Below, in pieces: positions 21,157 to 31,748 of a stretch of 64,000 nt of DNA. The stretch comes from Candidatus Bathyarchaeia archaeon (GTDB taxonomy: Archaea > Thermoproteota > Bathyarchaeia > Bathyarchaeales > Bathycorpusculaceae). A program made the position numbers and the translations under genes. Numbering within the stretch: position 1 is the stretch's first letter; each line of letters starts with the position of its first letter. The stretch spans positions 144,118-208,117 of the forward strand of contig JBEKHN010000002.1 of NCBI GenBank assembly GCA_050012255.1. The letters are read 5' to 3'. The notes under the pieces are model-generated. The model did not search any database. It was not told where the DNA came from and worked only from the letters and a program-made list of their open reading frames with translations.

Positions 21157-22542
21157 TTAGAATCCCGCTTTCACCACGTCGCGTGGCTTCATAAGCTCTC
21201 TCAGAACTATCGTTGCATAAGAACCACGGTATAGTGTGAAATCCACTTTTATCGCGCGGCTTTGAGGGTCGCCCGCGTCGTCAGATACGTCGTTCAACGT
21301 GAAATCTAGCAGTGGAGCCGTGATAGCTCGCAGTTGTCCTCTCGAACCCATCTCCTGCATGGCTGGAACCTTGAAGTCATGGGGAGAAACGCCTTCTTCT
21401 TCGAGTATTCTGCTCTCGATTTCTCCCTGAACCCCCTGCGACGTGTGTTGTCTGAAGCCGATGAGTGGAATGGCCAGTCGCACTTTCCCGTTTCGAACTG
21501 TACCGTTTATTTCTGCAAGATTCTCAGAGCTTGCTGTTCTATACATTGTCGGCAATGGCACTCCAGACTTTTCAACGTTTACGACGTAGTCCCCAACTTC
21601 GGCCGCGTTCAGCGGAAGGCCATCCTTGATTCTGCTGCTCAGGAACCTGTTGAAGAGATAAGACTGGTACGCCTGAATGAAGAGTTCCAGAAGTTTGGTG
21701 GGCAGTCTCTTAAACGCCGCGGCAAAATCGCGGGGTTTTTCAGCTAGGCTTCTCAGCATCATGCGTTCGTACCGTAGCTGTTTTGGGTAACTTTTGAATG
21801 CTTGTTTGAAGTCTTGCGTTGCTTGCAACTCTTGACGTGCTTGTCTTGACTCGGGATGTTCATAGGGGCTCGATTTCGCCAAGAACAACATTGCTGCCCT
21901 CTTGAGGTTTCCCTTGACAAAGCCTTTTCCGACTAGATGAGTTATGGAGCGGGTTGTTCCGAAGCGCTGATGCCCAAAGAAGTTTGGAATTCCTCCGAGC
22001 CCGCGAAGCTCTTCCATGGTCTTCGCAGTTCTTATCTCGATAACGGTTTTGGGATGCTTTACATTTTTGATCCTTACTTGGAAACTGTTTCCGAGAAGAT
22101 AGTAAGAGGAAAGTCCAGTTCGCAAATAGCCTATGGGGCGTACTTCTATGTCCTTGAGGCGGAGCTTCTGAACGTCTTCAATTGCGACATCTTCGATCGT
22201 AACATGTTGGGCAGTTACGGCTTTTGCATCTTTTATGCCGGCGATTTGAATCTGCGTTGTGTGTATGCCTAATTGTTGGGTCACGTTTCGGAGGGCTATG
22301 AACGTGTCCCAGTTTCGCTTGAACAAGACGCATAATAGATAACGATTTTTGACTGAAGAGGATCCAAGTACTGTTTGCTCAGTGTTTCCCTCAGACCTGT
22401 TTACTTCTGCCTTGGATCCATCAACTAGGAGTTCCTCAACCACAAAGTCCTCGGCACTCTGTCTGATTGTTCCGCCGATTCCTGGAGAGCGTGTTGCATA
22501 AACTTCTATTCCAATCGATCTCTCCAAACCTGGAACAAGCAA
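21157..22542 (-). CDS. truD: tRNA pseudouridine(13) synthase
   Basis: EDFVVEE, AGIKDAKAVTAQ, PNFFGHQRFG, GSYATIVLRE. Confidence 0.93.
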   Translation of the reverse strand: MLVPGLERSIGIEVYATRSPGIGGTIRQSAEDFVVEELLVDGSKAEVNRSEGNTEQTVLGSSSVKNRYLLCVLFKRNWDTFIALRNVTQQLGIHTTQIQIAGIKDAKAVTAQHVTIEDVAIEDVQKLRLKDIEVRPIGYLRTGLSSYYLLGNSFQVRIKNVKHPKTVIEIRTAKTMEELRGLGGIPNFFGHQRFGTTRSITHLVGKGFVKGNLKRAAMLFLAKSSPYEHPESRQARQELQATQDFKQAFKSYPKQLRYERMMLRSLAEKPRDFAAAFKRLPTKLLELFIQAYQSYLFNRFLSSRIKDGLPLNAAEVGDYVVNVEKSGVPLPTMYRTASSENLAEINGTVRNGKVRLAIPLIGFRQHTSQGVQGEIESRILEEEGVSPHDFKVPAMQEMGSRGQLRAITAPLLDFTLNDVSDDAGDPQSRAIKVDFTLYRGSYATIVLRELMKPRDVVKAGF

Positions 22543-22555
22543 TGTCTGCGCCTGC

Positions 22556-22918
22556 TCAAAGAAGCCGGAGTGCGCCCGTTATTCTATCTATCTTTTCTAC
22601 AGGTGCAGGACCAATTCCCAGACATGTAACGGTTCCAGGCGGAATTTCTGTGAGGCCCCTATCAACTATCAACGCGCATGGCAAACCAGACTCTTTGGCC
22701 TGCATTTCCAGTTCAGCCATTGCTTTCTCATTCTTTACCTTGACCGCGATCTTGCATTGTCCTTCTTCAAGCCAGTCTTCAAACCATTTGCTGCGATGTT
22801 TACGCGCCTGTTCCGCTGCCGAAACCGCGGCGTGTCCAGCCTGAGCCGCCGTCTTGCCCCTGCTCAACTTCAGGTCGGACCGGAAGACAATGACCTGTTT
22901 GTAGCGAAATTCAGACAT
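22556..22918 (-). CDS. pth2: peptidyl-tRNA hydrolase 2
   Basis: GKTAAQAGHA, DRGLTEIPPGT, GIGPAP. Confidence 0.93.
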   Translation of the reverse strand: MSEFRYKQVIVFRSDLKLSRGKTAAQAGHAAVSAAEQARKHRSKWFEDWLEEGQCKIAVKVKNEKAMAELEMQAKESGLPCALIVDRGLTEIPPGTVTCLGIGPAPVEKIDRITGALRLL

Positions 22919-22959
22919 GCTTCCCTTTACCATTCCTATCAGTCTACGCTTCAAAGATT

Positions 22960-24186
22960 TTAAAGGTTCGCAAAAAAGCCCGTCAAGAAGAAATAGCTAA
23001 GAGCGGCCAGTGCGCGAGGGCTCCGCAGGAGATGCAAAAGCGTTCTTCCCTGAAAGTCTATGTCCTCCACTTTCTGAAGAGTTTTGTTCAAAGCGAGTCT
23101 TGTGCACAATCCGATTAGCCCGTCAAGTCTTCTGTCAGACATAGCGTCGAGCGTTTTCCTCATTCTGACCATCATCTTCGCGTCGAACCCTAAGGTTTCA
23201 TCGCATCGGCTTCCGTAAGCGCTTAGGGACTTTGAGGAAAAGTCGTCTTGGCGAATAGCCTCGTGCGCAACTTCAGCACCGACTGCTGCGCATGTCATCC
23301 CGAAGATGACGCCTCCCCCCGTAGTGGATTTCACCTGTGAGGCTGCGTCTCCGACTGCTAGGAATCCGTTTGAATAGGCTTTTGGTATTGGACCTCCCAA
23401 TGTTATCGGGTGAGCCGTGATTTTGTCGATTTTTGCCTTGAGCAGTTTCTTTGAGGCCACGGGATGCTTGGCCACCAGCTTTTGCAGAAGCTCCTTTGGG
23501 TTTCTGGCCTTTGCTGCAAGTCCAACCTTTGCCTTCCCATCCTTCTTCGGTATCAGCCACGCGTAGAAGCCGGGAGCATAATCTGCTCCCAGGAAAACCT
23601 CAACCGTGTCGAGCTGTGTGTCCCTGACGTCTTCAGCTTCCGCCTCGACGCCGTTGACTAGCATACGCTGGCTGGGCCCTCGCAGACCTGTTTGCCTGAG
23701 TATTCTTGAGGATATTCCTTCAGCGTCTATGACCATCTTGGCCTGCCTGTGCTCGGTTTTGCCTTGCCGTTTTATCGTTGCCCCCTTCACGATGCCATCC
23801 TTGACCATCAGACTTTCAACTCTTGAGTCTAAGCAGTACTCTGCTCCTGCGTCCTGTGCTCTTTCTGCAAGGTACTTCTCAAAGAGGGCACGGTCGACCA
23901 CGCAGGTCACGGGCGAAGCAAAGTGGACCAAGAATTTTTTGCCAGTCGGCGAATAGAAAGCAGCGCCTCGAAAAGTGTTCTCAACGATTTCTACGGGAAG
24001 AGGGTGAATCCTCAGACGTTTAAGACCTCGTATGCTGAGGTGGCCGGCGCAGTGGGAGGGAAGGCCTATTTCGCTGTGCTCTTCATACACGCTGACGTTG
24101 ATGCCTAGTCTTGCAAGTTTCAAGGCTGCGAAGGAGCCAGACGGGCCGCCTCCAACCACTATTACGTCTGCAACTTCCTTCATCAA
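22960..24186 (-). CDS. geranylgeranyl reductase family FAD oxidoreductase
   Basis: GGGPSG, CAG, YAWLIP, VGDAA..TTGGG. Confidence 0.85.
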   Translation of the reverse strand: MMKEVADVIVVGGGPSGSFAALKLARLGINVSVYEEHSEIGLPSHCAGHLSIRGLKRLRIHPLPVEIVENTFRGAAFYSPTGKKFLVHFASPVTCVVDRALFEKYLAERAQDAGAEYCLDSRVESLMVKDGIVKGATIKRQGKTEHRQAKMVIDAEGISSRILRQTGLRGPSQRMLVNGVEAEAEDVRDTQLDTVEVFLGADYAPGFYAWLIPKKDGKAKVGLAAKARNPKELLQKLVAKHPVASKKLLKAKIDKITAHPITLGGPIPKAYSNGFLAVGDAASQVKSTTGGGVIFGMTCAAVGAEVAHEAIRQDDFSSKSLSAYGSRCDETLGFDAKMMVRMRKTLDAMSDRRLDGLIGLCTRLALNKTLQKVEDIDFQGRTLLHLLRSPRALAALSYFFLTGFFANL

Positions 24187-24221
24187 GATTTCAGCCAGAT
24201 GTTTCCGCGCGGACTCGCAGC

Positions 24222-24461
24222 TTACGCTATCAGTTCAACCCGTCTCTTCCCGCGAGCCATAGAAGTCATACGGACTTTTCCGCTGATTTCTAGCCGCATC
24301 AATATTTCGTTGAAGTCTTTGAAGCCTAAGTCTTTAAACTCTTCAATCAGCGCGTCAAAGAGTTCTGCGTCGGTCAGGCTTCCCTTCTTCTCCAAAAGGT
24401 CGAGTAGGACGAAGTATGCGGGATGAGTTTTCCACGTCTTAGTCGGCATCGGCATGTGCAC
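24222..24461 (-). CDS. small winged-helix-like protein downstream of cdc48
   Basis: LTDAELFD..FNEILMRLEISGKV. Confidence 0.6.
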   Translation of the reverse strand: MHMPMPTKTWKTHPAYFVLLDLLEKKGSLTDAELFDALIEEFKDLGFKDFNEILMRLEISGKVRMTSMARGKRRVELIA

Positions 24462-24467
24462 ACTCGC

Positions 24468-26639
24468 CTACGCAACTGGTGTCGCAGGTTTCTGCACTTG
24501 TCTGGCTTGCTGCATGAAGCCCTTGTACCATTTCTCCATGTCCGGTGTTGTTGAAGGTCCGATGCGTTTCCTTGCTTCTTCGAAGTCTCTGACGGTGACT
24601 TCCTTAGTATTTATGTCTCTTCTTAAAGCAATCATCGCCGCCTCACGGCAGAGGGCTTCTATGTCAGCGCCTGAATAGTTCCTTGAGTTGGATGCTAAAG
24701 CCTTCGCGTCCACATCTTTTGCCAACGGCATGTTCTTCGTGTAGATCTTGAAAATCTGGATCTTGCTCTCTTCATCGGGTTCAGGAACGTATATCAGCCT
24801 GTCGAATCTTCCGGGACGGAGCACCGCTGGGTCTACCATGTCAGGCCTGTTCGTTGCAGCGATGACAACTATATCTTCCAGAGTGACCATACCGTCCATT
24901 TCGGTTAGAAGTTGGCTTATGACCCTTTCGCTAACACCGCTGTCGCCGAAACCCAGACCTCGGCGCGGCAGGAGAGAGTCAACTTCGTCGAAGAAGATCA
25001 CTGCTGGAGCAGCCATCCTGGCTTTTCTGAAGACTTCTCTTATCGCCTTCTCTGATTCTCCAACCCATTTGGAAAAGATTTCGGGGCCTTTGATCGTTAT
25101 GAAGTTGGCTGCGCTCTCAGTCGCCACAGCCTTCCCTAAAAGTGTTTTGCCGCAGCCTGGCGGTCCAAGGAGCAGGATACCCTTAGGCGGTTTTATGCCG
25201 AGCCTACTGAAGATTTCAGGGTTTTTCAGCGGCCATTCGACCGCTTCTTTGAGGTCCTCTTTGACTTCTCCGAGTCCTCCTATGTCATCCCAGTGAACTG
25301 TGGGGATTTCTATGTACACTTCGCGCATGGCTGTCGGTGTTATCTCTTTGTACGCGTTGATGAAGTCGTCCATGGTCACTTCCATTTTCTCCAGCACGCT
25401 TGGCGGTATACGTTCTTCTTCAAGGTTTATCTGTGGCAAGTATCTGCGCAGTGACTTCATCGCTGTCTCTCTGCCCAGAGCTGAAAGGTCGGCGCCCGTG
25501 TATCCATGGGTGATTTCAGAAAGTTTCTTCAGATCAACGTCTTCGGCCAGCGGCATTCCTCTAGTGTGGATCTGGATGATCTCGTACCTTCCCGGCTTGT
25601 CGGGAACACCTATCTCGATCTCTCTGTCAAACCTGCCGGGTCTGCGAAGTGCTGGGTCGAGGGCGCCAGGCCTGTTTGTTGCGCCTATCACTATCACGTT
25701 TCCTCTTCCAGACAGACCGTCCATGAGCGCTAGAAGCTGGGCGACCACGCGTCTTTCAACTTCCCCTGTGACTTCCTCTCGTTTAGGTGCAATGGCGTCC
25801 AGTTCATCGATGAAGATTATGCTTGGGGCGTTCTGCTGCGCCTGCTGAAAGATCTCCCTCAGCCTGGCTTCTGACTCTCCGTAGAACTTGCTCATGATTT
25901 CGGGTCCGTTTATGGAGAAAAAGTTGGCTTCTGACTCGTTTGCCACAGCTCTAGCCAAAAGAGTCTTGCCGCAGCCTGGAGGTCCGTGGAGCAGAACACC
26001 TTTCGGAGGTTCTATTCCGAGTCTCTGGAAAAGTTCAGGGTGCCTCAAAGGAAGTTCAACCATTTCCCGCACCCTTTGCATCTCCTCGTGTAGTCCTCCA
26101 ACGTCTTCATAAGTTGTCCTAGGCAGTCCTTTTCCTTCAGGTGCAGGTTCGTTGAGTATTGTGAGTTTTGTCTCTGCCGTGACTTTCACTATCCCATGTG
26201 GACGGGTTTTCGTGGTTGTGAACGGTATAGCATGCCCAAGCATCATCACAAGGGTCGTGTCACCCTCTACAAGTGTCCTTTCCATCAAGCGGTTCTTCAC
26301 AAAATTCGTGAAGTCCTCGTCAACGTTCAGTCTCATGTCGACTGGCGCAAGAGCGATGCTTAGGGCAGGCTTGACCTTGGCTGCCCGAACGATTACGTAC
26401 TCGTTGATGGCCACTCCGGCGTTCTTGCGTGTGAACCCATCTATACGTAGCAGGTCTCGGTTTTGGTCTTCGCTGTAGGCTGGCCAGGCTATGGCTGAGG
26501 TTGTTCTCTTGCCGCAGATCTCTACCACATCGCCAGCTGATATGCCGAGCTTCTGCATCGTTTTTTGGTCAATACGGGCTATGCCCCTGCCTACGTCTCT
26601 CTGTCTTGCGTCTCCGACACGTAACTGTATCTCACTCAA
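24468..26639 (-). CDS. cdc48: CDC48/p97 family AAA ATPase
   Basis: N-domain [10 protein letters not shown]; two GPPGCGKT Walker A motifs; two RPGRFDR motifs. Confidence 0.96.
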   Translation of the reverse strand: MSEIQLRVGDARQRDVGRGIARIDQKTMQKLGISAGDVVEICGKRTTSAIAWPAYSEDQNRDLLRIDGFTRKNAGVAINEYVIVRAAKVKPALSIALAPVDMRLNVDEDFTNFVKNRLMERTLVEGDTTLVMMLGHAIPFTTTKTRPHGIVKVTAETKLTILNEPAPEGKGLPRTTYEDVGGLHEEMQRVREMVELPLRHPELFQRLGIEPPKGVLLHGPPGCGKTLLARAVANESEANFFSINGPEIMSKFYGESEARLREIFQQAQQNAPSIIFIDELDAIAPKREEVTGEVERRVVAQLLALMDGLSGRGNVIVIGATNRPGALDPALRRPGRFDREIEIGVPDKPGRYEIIQIHTRGMPLAEDVDLKKLSEITHGYTGADLSALGRETAMKSLRRYLPQINLEEERIPPSVLEKMEVTMDDFINAYKEITPTAMREVYIEIPTVHWDDIGGLGEVKEDLKEAVEWPLKNPEIFSRLGIKPPKGILLLGPPGCGKTLLGKAVATESAANFITIKGPEIFSKWVGESEKAIREVFRKARMAAPAVIFFDEVDSLLPRRGLGFGDSGVSERVISQLLTEMDGMVTLEDIVVIAATNRPDMVDPAVLRPGRFDRLIYVPEPDEESKIQIFKIYTKNMPLAKDVDAKALASNSRNYSGADIEALCREAAMIALRRDINTKEVTVRDFEEARKRIGPSTTPDMEKWYKGFMQQARQVQKPATPVA

Positions 26640-26732
26640 GAAAAATCCTCCCCATAATGTGGTACGTTCGAAACACAATGGCTTTCGGATATAAATGTAT
26701 TGAGCATAAATGTTTTAAGCAACCGTTGAGGG

Positions 26733-27008
26733 CTACCTGCTCGTTCTTCTGACCATGAGGGTCGTTACCTGGCTTATGCCGTCTATCGTCTCAACCTTCT
26801 TCTCAAATTCTTCGAGCAGGCCAGTCTTGTCTTCTGGGAATTTGACCTGCACTAGAAGGGCCTTTAAACCGTAAGCAACGAGTTCCTCGCCATACCCGTG
26901 TACAGATGCAGACTCAGGCAGGTTGCTCTCAATCTTCTTCTTCATAGGACTGAAGTCTGAAATTATGTCGCTTGGAAAAATCTTGTACGTGACGACGACA
27001 AAACCCAT
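26733..27008 (-). CDS. ef1b: translation elongation factor 1-beta
   Basis: KIFP..VAYGLKAL; usual order after the Zn-ribbon gene. Confidence 0.85.
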   Translation of the reverse strand: MGFVVVTYKIFPSDIISDFSPMKKKIESNLPESASVHGYGEELVAYGLKALLVQVKFPEDKTGLLEEFEKKVETIDGISQVTTLMVRRTSR

Positions 27009-27031
27009 CTTAAAGTCTCCTCTTCCCCATT

Positions 27032-27220
27032 CTATGGGCCGATCAAACCGCACTTTGGACATTTGTACGGGCGTCCGAACTTTCTGCACTTGCCACACCG
27101 TTTTATCTGAATCTCCCCGCAGCTTGGGCAGAGGAATTTAGTGGCTTCAGCCCCAGGAGGTATCGGTTTGCCACAGCTCGAACATGAGACTAAGATCAGT
27201 GTTGACGTTTTTTCAGTCAT
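27032..27220 (-). CDS. zinc-ribbon protein (DUF1610-type)
   Basis: CSSCG..FLCPSCG..RCGKCR..YKCPKCG..GP. Confidence 0.88.
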   Translation of the reverse strand: MTEKTSTLILVSCSSCGKPIPPGAEATKFLCPSCGEIQIKRCGKCRKFGRPYKCPKCGLIGP

Positions 27221-27335
27221 GCCGAATGTCCTCGTGAATGGTTCTCTAATCGCGAGACTTCCTTATATCTTATATGTCTCGGTCTTAGCAACTTTATTAT
27301 TTCAGTTATCGCCAATATTGACGAGGGGCCATTTT

Positions 27336-28370
27336 TTGGGCGTAGACCTTCGCGACCTTGTCCCGAAAACGACTGTCAGGCTTGAGGACCTGAGCGGAAA
27401 AGCCATTGCCATAGACGCGTACAACGCGTTATACCAGTTTTTAGCCATAATCCGTCAGCCAGACGGTACTCCTTTGAAGGACAGTTCCGGCAGAGTCACG
27501 AGTCATCTCAGCGGTCTGCTATACAGAACGAGCAACTTGGTGGAGTTGGGCACAAAGCCGATCTACGTTTTTGACGGAGCGCCGCCAGCGCTTAAGGAAG
27601 TTGAAATCAAGAGGCGAAGAAAGGTGAAAGAAGAGGCGATGGTGCGGTATGAGCGGGCCTTAAAGGAGGGTAAGACTGAAGAAGCGCGCATGTACGCCCA
27701 AGTGACGTCGCAGTTGAAGGACTACATGGCGGAGGACAGCAAGAACCTGCTGGGTTTGATGGGAATCCCATGGATTCAAGCGCCAAGTGAAGGTGAGGCC
27801 CAAGCGGCCCACTTGACCAAGAAGGGGGCAGCAGACTACTGCGCAAGCCAGGATTATGATAGCCTACTGTTCGGTGCTCCAAGGTTCGTCAGAAACGTGA
27901 CCATTTCAGGGCGGAGAAAGCTTCCCAGCAAGAACGTATACGTCGAAGTTGTTCCTGAAGTAGTCGAGCTGGAGCAGGTTCTCAAGGAGTGTGGGATAAC
28001 TTACGAGCAGCTAGTCGATGTTGGAATACTGATCGGAACGGACTTCAACCCGGACGGAATCAAGGGTTTAGGGCCGAAAACTGCTTTAAAACTGATAAAG
28101 GAACATGGAACCCTTGAAAATGCCATTCAAAACATCAAGAACGCGGAGTTTCCAGTTGAACCTCAAAGAATCAGGGAGATTTTTCTGCACCCAACAGTAA
28201 CTGACGACTACAGGATCGAGTGGAAGGAACCTGACGTCGAGGCTGTGGTGAATTTCATTTGTAGGGGAAGAGATTTCTCAGAGGACCGTGTTCGGAAAGC
28301 TTTACAAAAGATGCAGAGAGGAATCACTCAGGAAAAGGGAAAGACAACTCTGGAGAAATGGTTCGGGTAA
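27336..28370 (+). CDS. fen: flap endonuclease 1
   Basis: DAYNALYQFL, APSEGEAQ, SQDYDSLLFG, GTDFN, PIP-like TTLEKWF; TTG start at 27336. Confidence 0.96.
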   Translation: MGVDLRDLVPKTTVRLEDLSGKAIAIDAYNALYQFLAIIRQPDGTPLKDSSGRVTSHLSGLLYRTSNLVELGTKPIYVFDGAPPALKEVEIKRRRKVKEEAMVRYERALKEGKTEEARMYAQVTSQLKDYMAEDSKNLLGLMGIPWIQAPSEGEAQAAHLTKKGAADYCASQDYDSLLFGAPRFVRNVTISGRRKLPSKNVYVEVVPEVVELEQVLKECGITYEQLVDVGILIGTDFNPDGIKGLGPKTALKLIKEHGTLENAIQNIKNAEFPVEPQRIREIFLHPTVTDDYRIEWKEPDVEAVVNFICRGRDFSEDRVRKALQKMQRGITQEKGKTTLEKWFG

Positions 28371-28447
28371 TTCATCGGCCACAGCCGAGTGTACAGCGTC
28401 GGAAATCTTTAATTATGAACCCGTTATAGTATGCATCCTCTTCAGAA

Positions 28448-29761
28448 ATGGTGATGTCTATGGAGAAGGATCAGATAGCTCTGCCAATAGACGAGTTTCC
28501 CACTAAATGGTACAACATTGCGCCAGACTTGCCTGAGCCGCTTCCTCCGCCGAAGGAGCCTGAAACTGGGCCTTCGAGGATGGATTTCTTGGGCAGAACC
28601 ATGATTAAGGAGTGTCTCGGACAGGAAATGTCCAATCAAAGCTGGATCACTATACCTGAAGAAATCCGTGAGCTCTACATTCACATGGGAAGGCCCAGGC
28701 CGCTTTATAGGGCCAAACGTTTGGAGAAGCGTCTCGGCTTGAAGAAGGTCAAGCTCTATTATAAACGCGAGGACTTGTCTCCGACGGGTTCGCACAAGAC
28801 TAACACTGCGATTGCTCAGGCTTACTATGCGCTTAAGGAGGGAAAAACAACCTTGAGCACTGAAACAGGTGCGGGACAGTGGGGTACAGCGCTTGCTTAC
28901 GCTGCGCAGCTCTTAGAGCTCAAATGTGTGGTTTTCTGGGTTAAGTCCGTCTTCGACTGGAAGGCTGACCGCAGGGTTTTGATGAATCTCTTAGGCGCAA
29001 AGGTCTATTCCTCTCCAAGCAAACAAACCAAGTTTGGCAGCGATTTTCTTTCAAAAAACCCGAACAGCCCGGGCTCGCTTGGTATAGCAATATCGGAGGG
29101 ACTGGAGTATGCAGAGACGCATGATGATACTGTTTACTGTCTGGGCTCGGTTTTGAATCACGTTATGACTCAGCAGTCAGTGATAGGGTTGGAGACGATC
29201 AAACAGTTTGACATGATCGATGAGAAACCAGACTTGATCGTCGGCTGTCTGGGCGGCGGCTCTAACTTCAGCGGAATCGCACTTCCATTCATCGGCGAAG
29301 TTTTGAAAGGAAAAAGAGAATGCGACTTCTTGGCAGCCCAGTCGATGGCGGCTCCTAACCTTGTGAAGGGAGAATACAGGTATGATTTTGGTGATGTCGC
29401 TGAATACACGCCGCTCCTGAAGATGTACACTTTGGGTCACAAAGCTGATATGACCCCGATTAAAGCAGACGGGTTGCGGTACCATGCGGCTGGTCCAATC
29501 GTGAGCCTGCTGAGAAAGCATAATATTGTCAAAGCCGTGGCCTATCCTGCTGACGAGAAGTCAATCTTTGAAGCGGCTAAACTTTTCCTTCAGGCTGAGG
29601 GTTGGTTAGCCGCTCCAGAATCCAGCTATGCAGTCCGCGCCAGTATTGATGAGGCTGTTAATGCTGAAAAGGCTGGCGAAGAGAAAACGATCTGCATGAA
29701 CATAAGCGGACATGGGTGGCTGGATTTGGAGGCGTACAAGGAAAAGCTAGAAATTTCATAA
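28448..29761 (+). CDS. trpB2: TrpB2-type tryptophan synthase beta-like PLP enzyme
   Basis: WYNI, SPTGSHKTN, TETGAGQWG, GSVLNHV, GGGSN, GLRYH, ISGHG. Confidence 0.92.
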   Translation: MVMSMEKDQIALPIDEFPTKWYNIAPDLPEPLPPPKEPETGPSRMDFLGRTMIKECLGQEMSNQSWITIPEEIRELYIHMGRPRPLYRAKRLEKRLGLKKVKLYYKREDLSPTGSHKTNTAIAQAYYALKEGKTTLSTETGAGQWGTALAYAAQLLELKCVVFWVKSVFDWKADRRVLMNLLGAKVYSSPSKQTKFGSDFLSKNPNSPGSLGIAISEGLEYAETHDDTVYCLGSVLNHVMTQQSVIGLETIKQFDMIDEKPDLIVGCLGGGSNFSGIALPFIGEVLKGKRECDFLAAQSMAAPNLVKGEYRYDFGDVAEYTPLLKMYTLGHKADMTPIKADGLRYHAAGPIVSLLRKHNIVKAVAYPADEKSIFEAAKLFLQAEGWLAAPESSYAVRASIDEAVNAEKAGEEKTICMNISGHGWLDLEAYKEKLEIS

Positions 29762-29773
29762 ACGGCGATTCTA

Positions 29774-30497
29774 TCAGAATCTGTGGCCGTACTTTCCAGT
29801 CAATGGCACAAATGCTACGCCACCGAGATTTTCTTCCTTGATTTCTCCGTCGCTCGTCTTATTAATTTTGATCAGGTTTTGGAATAGAGACAGGCTGCCG
29901 ACTGGAATCAGCATGATTCCTGTGGGTTTCAACTGTTCGATTAGCACTTTAGGAACGTCAGGTGCAGCTGCTGTCACAAGGATTCTGTCGTACGGAGCCT
30001 TTTCAGGGTAGCCTGCTGAACCGTCGGCGTGAATTATCGTCACTCGGTCGCCGTACCCGCAGTTCATGATGTTCTTTCGGGCGAATTCGGCCAGACCTTG
30101 CACAATTTCAACGGTGTACACGTGTCCCCACTCGCTTCGCGGCGCAGTTTTCGGCGCGATCAGCTCAGAAATTGTGGCGGCGTGCCAGCCTGAACCTGCT
30201 CCGACCTCTAAGACTTTGAGTCCGATCTCCAACTGCAGGGCTTCATTCATTATTGAAACCATGTCTCGCCTAGCCGGCAACGAGGCCTTGGCTATGTGGC
30301 GCAGAAGCCGTCTGCCCGAAGCCTATTGGAAGAGGCGTATCGACAGCACCGTAAGACCGGATGTTTTCGGGAAGGAACTTTTCACGCGGCACTTTACGCA
30401 TCGTCTCAATAACCTTCGGAGAGCGGAGAACTGCTTCCTTAATCAGGTTCTGAATGAGCTTTTCCCATTCGTTTTCTTCCACTTGAAGCACCGACAT
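29774..30497 (-). CDS. pcm: protein-L-isoaspartate O-methyltransferase, two exons (30497-30296 and 30264-29774), 230 aa if spliced
   Basis: Upstream ORF VPREKF..PLPIGFGQTASAPH and downstream MVSIM..VLEVGAGSGW..APYDRI..FVPL are in different frames; removing 31 nt joins them. Confidence 0.9.
30265..30295 (-). other. 31-nt BHB intron in pcm mRNA
   Basis: Central helix CGCC/GGCG, bulges AC^A and AG^A, intron helix TAGCC/GGCTA, exon helix TG/CA. Confidence 0.85.
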
Positions 30498-30594
30498 AAA
30501 CAGTGGCCGAGTTGGTTATTAACATATTTGAATTTGAGAATAAGATGTTAAATAACAAACCCAGCCTAAAGATTAGACGCTAGCAGGAAGCGTT

Positions 30595-31035
30595 TTGAGC
30601 CGAAAAGAAAAAGCTGATTCGAACGCTGAAGAGCTGAGCAAGAAACTAGACCAGATAATTCACAGACTCGACCTTCTAGAAGAGTTGATCCTTGAAAAGC
30701 CAGAGTATGAGGGCTTAGCGGCATCTTTGCGTTTGACAAAAATGGGCATAGGCATGTATGGTGAGCCATTGAAGATTGCTTCTCGTCTAAAAAACGCTGA
30801 GACATACCTACGTCTAAGAGCCATTGCCCAAGACGAGATTTCACGGTGCATCGTTCAGGCATTGGCTGTGAAAGGAGCCTTGAATGTTTCCGCTATAACA
30901 CGGCAGGTGGCTTCAATGAGGGGAAAGGCAAGCAGACGCATAGTGCGTGACAGGCTGAAAAGGCTCGTAGAGCAGCGGGTTTTGTTAAAGACAGGCGGTC
31001 GGGTTCCCACTTACGAGTTGGTTGAAAAGGGTTGA
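30595..31035 (+). CDS. winged-helix protein
   Basis: C-terminal LNVSAITRQV..ASRRIVRDRLKRL. Confidence 0.65.
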   Translation: MSRKEKADSNAEELSKKLDQIIHRLDLLEELILEKPEYEGLAASLRLTKMGIGMYGEPLKIASRLKNAETYLRLRAIAQDEISRCIVQALAVKGALNVSAITRQVASMRGKASRRIVRDRLKRLVEQRVLLKTGGRVPTYELVEKG

Positions 31036-31110
31036 TCACCGACTGGTCACTTTTGCACAGAACACCTAACTATTGTGACCACTCCTTTGTCAGCTTAAGG
31101 TGAGCAAGAA

Positions 31111-31299
31111 ATGAGAAATGGATACCTGCGCAATATGAGCAGAAGAAACAACATGTTAACTCCTTCAGGAGAACAGGGTGCGAGTTCATCTAGAACAGTC
31201 GGAGCAGTTCCTTCAAGGTCGACAAAACCAGTAAACAGAGATGAAATCACGCTGGAAGACGTTTGGGCACGTTCACGATTTCACTGTAATCTTGTGTAA
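31111..31299 (+). CDS. possible small protein
   Basis: AGGTGA SD-like sequence upstream; fills the gap between co-oriented genes. Confidence 0.35.
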   Translation: MRNGYLRNMSRRNNMLTPSGEQGASSSRTVGAVPSRSTKPVNRDEITLEDVWARSRFHCNLV

Positions 31300-31321
31300 A
31301 CTATCTGGGAGGTGAAAGAAA

Positions 31322-31711
31322 ATGGTTGATGATGAAAAGGAGCGTGAAAAGAGGCGTGAGCAGAGTCCGGAGAACATCAAAGAAATACTAGGCGTGGTCT
31401 CTGCAGAAGTCCCGTCGCTGATCAAGAACATACTTGGCTCGGTTTTCTCCGAAGAAGCAGGAAGGAGCATGGGCAAGGCGGCAGCTGCATATTACAAGGA
31501 ACTGAAGAACGGCGGACTGCCTGAACCTGTGGCTGTCAAGTTGACTGAAGACTACATGCGAACTTTCACAAGTTTAGGCGATATGCTCAGAGGCGCTGGC
31601 AGAGGCAGATGGTCCGGAAAGGCTGGAGAAGACATAGGCGAAGAGATCGAAAGAAAAATCCGCGAAGGACTTGAGAAAAGAAGAAAAGAGGAAGAGGAGG
31701 AAGAAGAATAA
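31322..31711 (+). CDS. hypothetical helical protein
   Basis: GGAGGTGA SD; FSEEAGRSMGKAAAAYYKEL. Confidence 0.7.
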   Translation: MVDDEKEREKRREQSPENIKEILGVVSAEVPSLIKNILGSVFSEEAGRSMGKAAAAYYKELKNGGLPEPVAVKLTEDYMRTFTSLGDMLRGAGRGRWSGKAGEDIGEEIERKIREGLEKRRKEEEEEEE

Positions 31712-31748
31712 CTTTCCCTCTTCTCTTTGTCTAACATGGTGATGAAGC

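Noticed and set aside
24748-26478. Long antisense ORFs opposite cdc48 (similar ones lie opposite glmS, sucCD and the CBS genes)
   Set aside because: Shadow ORFs of conserved genes with no protein motifs.
29774-30497. pcm as a frameshifted pseudogene or programmed frameshift
   Set aside because: Both halves are intact, and the extra 31 nt form an exact BHB whose excision restores the conserved motif.
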